Assembly: GCA_025594325.1 (NCBI GenBank)
Contig: JANHCV010000001.1
Coordinates: 2,728,001 to 2,792,000, forward strand
Origin: Blastocladiella emersonii ATCC 22665
Lineage: Eukaryota; Fungi; Blastocladiomycota
Length of the DNA: 64,000 nt
Direction of reading: 5' to 3'
Part shown: positions 54,837 through 64,000 of the stretch, piece by piece
How positions within the stretch are numbered: position 1 is the first letter of the stretch
Layout: each line of letters opens with the position of its first letter
Position numbers and translations under genes: made by a program
The notes under the pieces: model-generated
The model's database searches: none
Told to the model about the DNA's origin: nothing
What the model saw: the letters and a program-made list of their open reading frames with translations, nothing else

Positions 54837-57800
54837 GCCGATCCATCACGCGGGTGAGCGCGCCGTTCGGGCGTGAAGTTGTTACACTTGGGGTGTGGCC
54901 GAGCGTTCTCCTGCATCATTCGGCTTCCAGTGTCTCGCTGTTCATGAGCGATGAGATGCGCAAGGTAACGGGGAAGCAAGAACGCGAGCGAGCGAACACA
55001 CGCGTGATGGCCGCGCGTGATGGCCGCCGACGCGCACGATGGCCGCTCGAATACGTGAGCTAAGTTGACCCATCGCTGCAGCGGGCTCACATAAATTTGC
55101 AAAATTACTTTCTCGACGCTAAAATAGCTTCAGACACATATGATGCTCATACGCAAAGTTTCGGCCGGATCGGCGACATGGTGTGATTCAAGAAGCCAAG
55201 TCTTACGTGCAGGATTGGCGCGAGATCGTCCGAACGACCAAAACCAAAAGTTTTTTTCAACTTTGCACGGCCGGACGACTTCTCGACACCCCGACACTTC
55301 GACTCGGAGACTTTTGCATGTACGTGGTCCCTGAGGGTCCCTGATGACGATCCGATGCTCAGAAAAAAATATTCTGATGCATCGTGAATTTAGACGTCTA
55401 AGTCGTGTCACGTGCTGCGAGCTGCAGGGATCAGCGCTCGCGTCTGTCTTGACGCGCGTCGCTCATGTCGGCGTGACCGCGCGGGCATCGCGGCCCACGC
55501 CCTCGGTGGCCGCCACCGCCCTTGTCGGCTGATCCCCTTTGCACCGCACGCATTGCGTCTATCGTACATGGCGTATCCCGAGCTTCTTTGGCGATATTCT
55601 TGCTCGCTCAACGGAACACGCGGTGCGGCGCGCTGAGCGCTCGCGAGCAACAACTTCAATGCTCGCGTCGCGAGAGCAGATGTTGAGGCACAAGCACACG
55701 GAAGACAAGTGTAGAGTAGTAGCACAAAAACGGTCTATATATCACTTTGCGATCCAGGCGCACTGCCGCCGATCACACCAAAAAAGTTGAGCAGGGAGGA
55801 GAGGAGAGTGGATGCCGCGCACGCGCCGCCGCCGCAGGCTGCGTTGAGCGAGGAGATGGCCAACGCAGCGGCGAGCAAGCACACGAAGCACGACAGGATG
55901 AGGGAGGGGGGGGGGTCACACCGAGGGAGGAGAGAAAAAGTGAGCGAGCGAACGAGGCGAGGAGGCGGGCGCCGCTTTTACGCGACCATGGCCTCGATCA
56001 TCTCCTTGCGGTCCTTAGCCGTCTCCGAGGCCTTGTCGTGCTCGAGCTGCTGGGCGAGGGCACGGTCGTCCTCGGCGTCGTCGAGGTTGTCGGGGTTGAA
56101 GGCGAGCGAGCCCTTGGGGATGAAGGTCGAGAGGAGCACGACGACACCGCAGCACGTCATGACGAGGCCGGCCGTGTAGAACATGGCGTCCTGCGTCGGC
56201 TTGAGGCCGGCGAGCTTGGGGAACTTCTTGGCCGAGCCGTACTTCTTGAGCAGGTCGGCGACGAACGAGTCCTGCACCTTGCCAATGGCCGTGTTGACGA
56301 CGGCGAAGATGACAATGTACAGCACGTAGAGGAACGACATGACCGAGCCGAGCGGCGACACGGTCGCCTCCGAGTCCTCGATCTTGGCGAGGCGCGACTG
56401 CACGTACGCGACGAGCGACACGTCGCCGGCGGCCCAGCCCATGGAGACGGGGATCATGATGGCGGCGAGGAACCAGACCCAGCCCTCAATGTTCTCGAAC
56501 GGCGACGCGAGCGGGAAGATCCAAACGACGAGCAGCATGATGGCGTCGAGGCGCAGCCACGGGATGGGCGTCTTGACGGCGTCGGCGAAGAAGAGGACAA
56601 AGGCGGCGCCGCACAGCTCGCCAAAGTTGGAGCCCGAGACGAGGAGCTGCTGGTACGAGCCCGTCGACAGCGCGAAATTGGCGTAGTGCGCGAACAGCAC
56701 GTTCTCGAGGTACCGGTGCAGGACGAGGGGCAGCGTGTAGGCGGGGATGAGCCACACGAGCGACCGGTTGGTGCACACGAGCTTGAGGCCGACCCAGACC
56801 GAGTAGAAGAAGGCCTTGACGATGGCGAAGAACTCGGAGACAATGTTGCCCGAGACGCGCTTGGTCTTGGACGGGCCCTCGTACGCCTCGCTCGTCGCGT
56901 CCTTGATGCGCGACCAGATCATGGCAGCGCCCGTGAAGGCGATCGGGATCAGGGCCAGCGAGTAGGCGTAGTTGAAGTAGGCGATCCAGTACTTGGAGAG
57001 CAGCGCGCCGAGCGTGCCGGCCGTCTCGTAGAAGATGTGCACCGTCGAGTCCATGCGCTTGAGCTTGGACGGGTCCGAGCCGACAATGTCGCGCGGGATG
57101 ACGCGGCGGATCAGCTCGATGATGCCGTGGAAGATACCGACAATGGGGAACAGGATGGCGACGAGGAAGGGGTCCCAGCTGCCGTTCTTGTAGTTCTTCT
57201 CGTCGCCGAGGCCCGTCGAGCCGCCGCCGTTGACGGCCTCGAGGATCGGGATGATGGCGACGATGAGGCCGAACAGGAAGATGGACGTGGCGAGCACGCG
57301 CGAAGTGGGCCAGCGCTTGATGAGCGGCGACACGAGCAGCGAGCCAATCGACTGGCACGCGTAGTTGACCGACACGACGGCGCCCCAGGTGGCGGCGGGC
57401 GCGACCTTGTAGCGGTTGAGCACGATGTTGGACATGCAGCCCGTCAGCGTCTCGAGCGCGAACTTGTAGAACATGATGCCACCAATGTAGATGGTGAGGT
57501 TCTTCTTCTCCGAGCTGGAGAAACCGTCGTAGACGCCCATGGTTGGTGATGCGCGCGATGCGGGTGGGGTTCTTACGGGAGGGCGGGGGCGAGCGAGAGC
57601 GCGGGCGAGTGGGTGATGGCCGTGCTGATCTCTAGTGGGTGAAGCGTAGCGAGGTAGATCCGGACGAGGAGACTCGGCAGCCGGGATGGGCGGGGGGCGG
57701 CCGCTCTACTTATACTTTTGCTGCGGAGGATCGAGCTCGAGGGCGAGCGGACCACGCGTGCTCCCCTCGTGGCGTATAGCATGCGCACTGCCGCACACAC

Positions 57801-58445
57801 GCGGCGCGTGCGGTCCCGTCCCGGAGGGCTCTGGCGTGAAGCCGTGTGCGGGCCGGCGTGCTGGCGTGGACGCGGGGCTGCGAGGGCGCGCGGCCCGCTC
57901 GTTTGGCCCTTCAGAAACACGTTTCCCTCGTTCGCGTGCGTGCGTGCGTGCTTTCCGCCACGCGGCGAGGATTGCGCCACAGTGCGGCGGCGGCGGCAGC
58001 GAACCATGGCGCCGCCGCACGGGCGCGCCTCAACGTGTTCCATGCCGCCGCGCCGCGCCGCGAGGTCCGCGAGCCGACCGGCCCAGAAAACGTGTGGCGC
58101 GCCGCAAACCGCTCCGCACTCGTTCCGCCTTTTTTTCCACACCCGCCTCGTTCGGCCTCGCTCGATGGTTTGTTGGAGATCGCCGCCTCTCCCACATGGA
58201 CCCGCCCGGGCTCGCTCGCGCGCCCGCTGCTCGGAGGAGACACATGGAGCTGGCACCACCTCCGTCATCGTCCTGCGCTCCGCCCTTGTCGGTCCCTCTC
58301 GCGGATCTCGCACACCCTCCCCGAGTCTTGGCGCGCGCCGAACAACGTGTTCCTCGGGCCCTTCGCCGACGTGATTTTCTGAACGGGTCCCGTCCTCTCC
58401 CCGTCATCGTCGTCGCTGGCGCCGCCACAGCCGTGCATCACTCAC
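54837..58445 (-). repeat. Right arm of the large inverted repeat (3,609 bp)
   Basis: Reverse complement of 46686-50294. Identity stops after ...ATGGATCGGC (inner end) and ...GCATCACTCAC (outer end). Confidence 0.95.
55978..57540 (-). CDS. MFS-fold transporter, copy 2 (translation identical to copy 1)
   Basis: The ORF track gives the same 520-aa protein on the minus strand. Confidence 0.85.
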   Translation of the reverse strand: MGVYDGFSSSEKKNLTIYIGGIMFYKFALETLTGCMSNIVLNRYKVAPAATWGAVVSVNYACQSIGSLLVSPLIKRWPTSRVLATSIFLFGLIVAIIPILEAVNGGGSTGLGDEKNYKNGSWDPFLVAILFPIVGIFHGIIELIRRVIPRDIVGSDPSKLKRMDSTVHIFYETAGTLGALLSKYWIAYFNYAYSLALIPIAFTGAAMIWSRIKDATSEAYEGPSKTKRVSGNIVSEFFAIVKAFFYSVWVGLKLVCTNRSLVWLIPAYTLPLVLHRYLENVLFAHYANFALSTGSYQQLLVSGSNFGELCGAAFVLFFADAVKTPIPWLRLDAIMLLVVWIFPLASPFENIEGWVWFLAAIMIPVSMGWAAGDVSLVAYVQSRLAKIEDSEATVSPLGSVMSFLYVLYIVIFAVVNTAIGKVQDSFVADLLKKYGSAKKFPKLAGLKPTQDAMFYTAGLVMTCCGVVVLLSTFIPKGSLAFNPDNLDDAEDDRALAQQLEHDKASETAKDRKEMIEAMVA

Positions 58446-59736
58446 TTACGATCGCCGTACTCGCTGCTGCCGTCGCCCCGCCTCCTCGTCTTTGCCTGCT
58501 CTCGCTCGAGCTTCCGCCCGCCCCGTGGATCGGCCTTGCGCACCGCTTCTCGGCCTTACCTCGCGCTCGCTCGCCCCTCGCGTCGTCGAGCCAGCGGAAC
58601 CGAGGCGCCGCGCAACAACTTGGATCGGCGACTTTGCTTGAGAGGTCACCGGCTGCGCCTCCGCTTTGACGACGTCTGCGTTCACTGAGTGATGTGGACG
58701 TGCAGCTCATCTTGAGAGCACGCACCTGTGTCCCTCGTTGCGAGTCCCTGCTGCTGACGCTTCGGTTCTTCGTCGCTGCCTGCTCTCGCCCATGTTTCCG
58801 CCTGCCTCAAGGATCGGCCCCGTGCAGCTCGGCTGTCGGCCAGTCGTCTTCGCGCTCGTCCTGACGCGGGACGAGTCTGCCATGCGAGAGGTGAGTAGCT
58901 CGCATTGTCTCGGCCTTCACCAGTACCAGTCCGTCGTCGGCTACGCGCGGCGCGTGCATACCCCGCGCGAACACTCGGGGACTTCGCAGCGACGTCGACG
59001 AGGCAATGAGAGAGGTTCACGTTGTCGGCGTGGGCCGATCCTTACGAGCAACTCGACGCGCCGGATGCTGACGACTATGTCCTCCCTCCAGGTCCGCGCA
59101 TCGTCGTTGGAAACGGTCCAAGGTCGCTACTCGGTTCTCAAAGGGGCCGGCAACTTTCTCTCACCCGCTGTTCCGCCGTGAGTGAAGCGGATGGTTCCCA
59201 ACCTCTCGCTGTTCGTGCGTGCTGTGCTGCTGGCCCGCGAGCCTCGCTGCCCTTTCGCGTTGCCCTCTGCGCCAAACGCAAGAACTGTACATCGTAAGCC
59301 TTGTGCAGGCTAGCGATCATACGTAATGCACCTGTACTACTTGTGGCTTCCTCACAACTTACGCGCGGTAAACGAGGCAACGTCGCTCAAGTCGGCATCA
59401 CTGACCGCCTTTGTCGACAACATGAGCATGTCAAGTCCTTTTGTCAAGCGTCGGCTCCCTGGCTACCCTTGGGTGCCTTCGCAAACATCTCCAGCCGATG
59501 AGTCTGCGACGCGCAGGCGCGTGACAGCTCCGCGAGACAAAAGTGCGAGACGCGTTCGCCATCGCACGTGAGTGGCGCTCACAAGACGAGCGACGCGTCA
59601 CGTCAGCTGCGCCGCCTCGGCCCCGGTGTTGTGCCGCGCAGGGTTAAAACCGTCGTCGCAGCCCGCCGCGGCTCTCGCTCCCGCTCTCACCTGCCCCCTC
59701 CTTCCCATCATCTTGCACACATTCATCCATCGCACC

Positions 59737-61595
59737 ATGCAACCTCGCCCACTGCTCCGCCGCCTCGCGGTCCTGGCCGTCCTCCTTGTCAGCGCCGTCG
59801 CCACGGCCTCCTCCTCGCGCGTGTCCGACTCGGAGGTGATCCTCGGCCCAAGCTCGGCGTACTCGGACGGCCTCGACACGCTACGCGTCGGCTACTCGCT
59901 CGACATCGACGGCCGCACCGCCCTCCCGCACCTCTTCCCCTCGCCGCATGGCGTGCATGCTGCCGGCGCCGACGCGAGCAAGCCGATCCTCATCCGCCAC
60001 CCGACGTGGGACCACCTCGTGCTCAAGTACTTCGAGCGCGACGGTGACGATGCCGCCGAGGCGCGCGACGCGTGGCACGCCGCCGTGACCGAGTCCCTCC
60101 GCCGCGCCGTGGCGGACCGTTCGCCAGCCGGCGTCGACCTCGACCACGCGGCGACGCAGTTTGTGCTCCACTCGTCGGGCCGCCGCTCGGCCCCCATGTC
60201 CGAGCTGTACACGTCGCCGAACCGCGGCATCGTGGTCGTCGCCGTCGACCCCAAGTGGCGCATCCCGCTTCCCCCGGCTGCGGCCGCCCAGTCCATCTCG
60301 CCCGACGTCGCCGTGTCGGACATTCTCGTCGACGCGCTCCCCGGCAACACGCAGGTCCACCGCCTCCCGCTGCCGCCCGCTCGCGACACGGCCGCGGGGT
60401 CCATGACAGTGGATGCGGTGCTCGACGAGCACGTCCGCATCGAGCAGGCCCGCGAGCGCGGCGTCGCGCGTGCCATGGAGGTGCTCGCTGACCCGAAGCT
60501 GCAGCGCAAGCCGACCAAGCCGGCACCCGGCGACGAGCGGATCCACGCGCTGCTCGCCAACATCACGACGGACGAGCTACGCGCCGACGCGACGTTTCTG
60601 ACGGGCGAGAACCCCGACTCGCCGCTCACGACGCGCCACTCGCTGTCCAAGGGCCACCTGACGGCCGCCGAGTGGATCAAGAAGCGGTTCACGGCGTACG
60701 GGTGCGACTCGGTCGAGCTGGTCTCGTTCCGCGAGGGCTACGGGCCCAACGTTGTCTGGTACGCTTTCTCTCTATTCTTTGGTCGTGTCCGACACGTCAC
60801 TGACACTCCGATTCCTCGCACCTAGCACGATCGAGGGCGCTGATCTGGCCGACGAGCAGGTGGTCCTCGGCGCGCACCTCGACGACCGCGGCAGCCTGTT
60901 TGTGCCCTTCTCGCGCGCTCCCGGTGCCAACGACGACGGGTACGATCTCGAGTGTGTGTGCGAGCAGCGAGTGCCGCGCCGTCGCAAGCCACGACGTGTG
61001 CGGCATAGCCGTCGTCGCAGTAGTGTTGAACACGACCAGTTCTAACTCCCATCTCTTCCGTCATTCATTCAGGAGTGGAACGTCGATGCTGCTCGCCTCA
61101 CTGCGCCACCTCAAGGAGTCGGGGATCCGCCTGCGCCGCACGCTCAAGGTCGTCAACTTCTGCGGCGAGGAGCAGGGCCTGATCGGGTCCAAGGCGTACG
61201 CGCGGTCGGCCCGCGCGCGCGGCGACCCGATCGTGTTCATGCTACAGGGCGACATGCTCGCGTACCGGCACCCGGGCGAGCCGCTGCAGTGCGCGCTCCC
61301 CGCGGCGCACGCGTCGCCTGAGGCGTCGCTCGTGGTGCGCAAGGTGGCCGAGGTGTACACGCCCGAGGTGGTCGTCGGCACGACGTCGGCGTGCTGCAGC
61401 GACCACCAGTCGTTCTACGAGCAGGGCTTCATCAGCACGCAGATCTTCGAGCGCAACGGGCCCATCAAGGACCCCATGTACCACAACCGCGGCGACACGG
61501 TCGGCCGCATCGGCTACGACTTTGAGCAGCTGCAGGCGCTCACGCGGATCGCGCTCGCGACCACGGTCACGGTGGCCGAGATCGCCGAGGCCTAA
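59737..61595 (+). CDS. Secreted M28-family aminopeptidase with a long prodomain; introns about 60760-60824 and 60941-61072
   Basis: Signal peptide. Motifs GAHLDD, APGANDDG|SG, GEEQGLIGS, DMLAY, SDHQSF and YH. Confidence 0.9.
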
Positions 61596-61929
61596 GGCCG
61601 CGCGGGTTGTCCCTCCTTTCCTCTCCACAACCTCATTGCTCGGATCATCTTCCCCTCATACCTGCACATACATGTCCCCATTTTGCACACAACCTGCCCC
61701 GTCTCGAATCCCGTCGCCGACCGCGAGGGTCATCCGGCCGTGCCCTCACGTGGGCCAAAACCCGACGTGGCTGGCTCTCGCTCGCTGGTCGGCGGGGAGC
61801 GGAGCCGCCCAGCCGCCGCACGCGTCGCGCTCGCTCGGAGTCCTCTCTTCTCCTCCCCCACCCGGCTCGAGATCGGCCTCTTCTGCCCGCGGACTCGCAG
61901 CAGCACGAAGCCCGAGCAACGCACACACC

Positions 61930-62904
61930 ATGAATATCTTTCGCCTCGTCGCCGACTTGATGCACCTCGCGTCGTTTGTCATCTTGTTGCTCAAGATGCA
62001 CAAGACGCGCTCGGCTGCCGGTACGGCCGCTCGAATCGGCCACGGAAGCTCTGTCTTGCCCCTCCGGCGCGTCGCTCGGTATCCTGCGGTCTACGAACGC
62101 GCTTCGTGGGCGGCAAGCCGGACAGCGTGGCAGTGCGGTGGCTTCCGCTCAGTCGGGCCATGGTGCCTGACCCGCCGGCGAGCGCGCCGCCGTCGTTCCG
62201 TTCCGTGTAGGCATCTCGTTCAAGTCGCAGCTGCTGTACCTGATCGTGTTCCTGACGCGGTATCTGGACCTGTTCTACGCGTTCGTGTCCGTGTACAACT
62301 CGGTGATGAAGATCACCTTCATTGGGTGCACGGCCTACGTCCTGTACCTCATGAAGACCAAGCTGCGCGCGACGTGGGACCCGGCGCTCGACACGTTCAA
62401 GGTCGAGTACCTGCTGGGCGGGTCCGCCGTCATGGCCCTGGTCTTCCACTTCAAGTTCACCCTCTCCGAGGTGCGCCGCTCACGTGTCGTGGTTTCTCGA
62501 GCGATCCGCTGCTAACCGTGCCCACGAACGCGAACGCGCGTGTATAGCTGCTCTGGAGCTTCTCGATCTGGCTCGAGGCCGTGGCCATCCTGCCGCAGCT
62601 GTTCCAGCTGTCGCGCACGGGCCAGGCCGAGACCATCACGACGCACTACCTGTTCGCGCTCGGCGGGTACCGCGGCCTGTACCTCTTCAACTGGATCTGG
62701 CGCTACTTCACCGAGGGCCACTGGGAATGGCTGCAGTTTGTCGCCGGCATGATCCAGACCGTCCTCTACGCCGACTTCTTCTACATCTACTTTACGCGGT
62801 ACGTCGATCTGTTCCTCATCGTGGCCACGGTTGACTGACGGATGACCCATCGCACGCACGCCTCCAGGGTACTCCGTGGCAAGAAGTTCGAGCTTCCTCT
62901 GTAA
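61930..62904 (+). CDS. ERD2: ER lumen protein-retaining (KDEL/HDEL) receptor; 4 exons (about 61930-62020, 62211-62470, 62549-62798, 62869-62904)
   Basis: [84 protein letters not shown]. Confidence 0.95.
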
Positions 62905-63140
62905 CGAGGCCCTCGCCATCGAGTCGCTGCCGATCTCGGTTGGCCCATCCTGCACCACCTGGCATCACGAATGAATCATTTTTTCTCTTGGTTGACGCTG
63001 GGCCTGAGCCACTCGGGGCTGCGTCGTGTTTGGCTCGCTCGACGCTCCTGAAGCCAGCGAGCGACCTTCTCGCTTCCCCCTGCTTCGACATCCCATGTAA
63101 ACTGCCACGACACACAACGTAAACTACATGCAACGCAACC

Positions 63141-64000
63141 ATGATGCTGCGGACACTCGCCCGCGCCGGTCTCCGCCGATTCTCGACTTCATCGCTGGTC
63201 GCTACTGCTGCTGGGCCACGACGACCACCACCACCGGGCCGTGACAACAAGAAGGACTGGGCCGTTGCCCCTGTAGCCATCAAGCGAGAGAACTTTGACC
63301 CGCAAACGATCATCGACCGAAGGTTCCTCGCTGCCGTATCGGCGGGCTCGCTCGGCCTCGGCCTCCGTGCGCGAGAAGGAGAACCTGACGACCAGACCCT
63401 GTGCAACTTCATCGAGGTCCTCCTGAAGCCGAGCGCCACGACCAAGCAGCGCGACCTGCTGTGGCAAATGTACACGGACATCCGCGCCAGCAGCCCCCGG
63501 GGTGTCCTGGTGCAGCTCATCCCGCTCATTCCGCGGTTCCTCTCGCACCTGTCGTGCTCGTACCTCATCACCGACCAGGAGCGCATCCTGTCCATCTGCG
63601 ACGACGTCAAGGCCGCGCTGCGGCAGATGGACGGAAACTGCGTGTGCAGCCAATCCGCGGTCCTCGGCGACGCGCACAACCGCGAGATCCTCGCCAAACA
63701 CTGGATCTGCCGGGCACGAACGGACAAAACGCAAGTCAAAAAAACGAGAGGCCTGGTTGAGCGGCCGCGGTGCACCATCGCATCCGGGCACCTCACCCAG
63801 CGGGTCTTCGGGTACCGCATCGTGGCGCTCGCGCGGCTCGGGCGGCCCGACGACGCGCTGGCCGAGCTCGACGCGCACCTTGGCGTGAACCCGCGGATGC
63901 GCGAGTTCTCGGAGCACCACCTGTGCACGGTCATGGACGCGTTCGCGGCGCAGGGCCGCACCGAGCACGTCGTGAGCATGTACGAGCGGTACGCGGCGTG
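63141..64000 (+). CDS. Probable mitochondrial PPR-repeat protein, 3'-partial
   Basis: Presequence MMLRTLARAGLRRFSTSS. The frame stays open to the window end. PPR-like segments VALARLGRPDDALAEL and LCTVMDAFAAQGRTEHVVSMYER. Confidence 0.6.
   Translation, partial: MMLRTLARAGLRRFSTSSLVATAAGPRRPPPPGRDNKKDWAVAPVAIKRENFDPQTIIDRRFLAAVSAGSLGLGLRAREGEPDDQTLCNFIEVLLKPSATTKQRDLLWQMYTDIRASSPRGVLVQLIPLIPRFLSHLSCSYLITDQERILSICDDVKAALRQMDGNCVCSQSAVLGDAHNREILAKHWICRARTDKTQVKKTRGLVERPRCTIASGHLTQRVFGYRIVALARLGRPDDALAELDAHLGVNPRMREFSEHHLCTVMDAFAAQGRTEHVVSMYERYAA

Noticed and set aside
46686-58445. Composite transposon, Polinton or Starship with long TIRs
   Set aside because: No transposase, integrase, recombinase or polymerase, and no TSD. 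Homology fades gradually past the outer ends instead of stopping at element termini.
973-63979. Many long Arg/Ala/Pro-rich ORFs overlapping real genes (e.g. 973-3276, 8133-9770, 31537-34413, 47582-49384, 55747-57549)
   Set aside because: They are off-frame or antisense shadows caused by high GC3 and few stop codons, and carry no domain motifs.
1-64000. tRNA, rRNA or snRNA genes
   Set aside because: No cloverleaf with A/B boxes and no rRNA or snRNA signature was seen. Manual reading can miss these, so tRNAscan-SE/Infernal would be decisive.

Overview
High-GC, gene-dense eukaryotic DNA with short GT-AG introns (mostly about 55-100 bp, often starting GTACG). The gene content points to a flagellated, zoosporic early-diverging fungus: velvet and Gti1/Pac2 regulators, an outer-dynein-arm docking subunit, SNAPc and a SYP7-type SNARE. 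This taxonomic call is inference only. About 25 protein-coding genes are supportable. Most long ORFs in the supplied track are antisense or off-frame shadows caused by high GC. Five things stand out. (1) A single-pass receptor-like cyclic-nucleotide phosphodiesterase with a catalytically dead 5'-nucleotidase-fold ectodomain (7.4-13.1 kb). (2) An LRR surface protein built from one-repeat exons, next to a hevein/GH19-like membrane protein. (3) A 1,203-bp non-autonomous hAT-like element with an 8-bp TSD (25.55-26.75 kb). (4) A roughly 11.8-kb palindrome whose two apparently identical 3,609-bp arms each carry an MFS gene, with older diverged homology outside the arms. (5) Inside the palindrome spacer, an S1/P1 nuclease gene and five tandem ~58-bp hairpin repeats with compensatory base changes. 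All calls come from reading the sequence and motifs by eye; no database searches were run. Exon boundaries are manual predictions.
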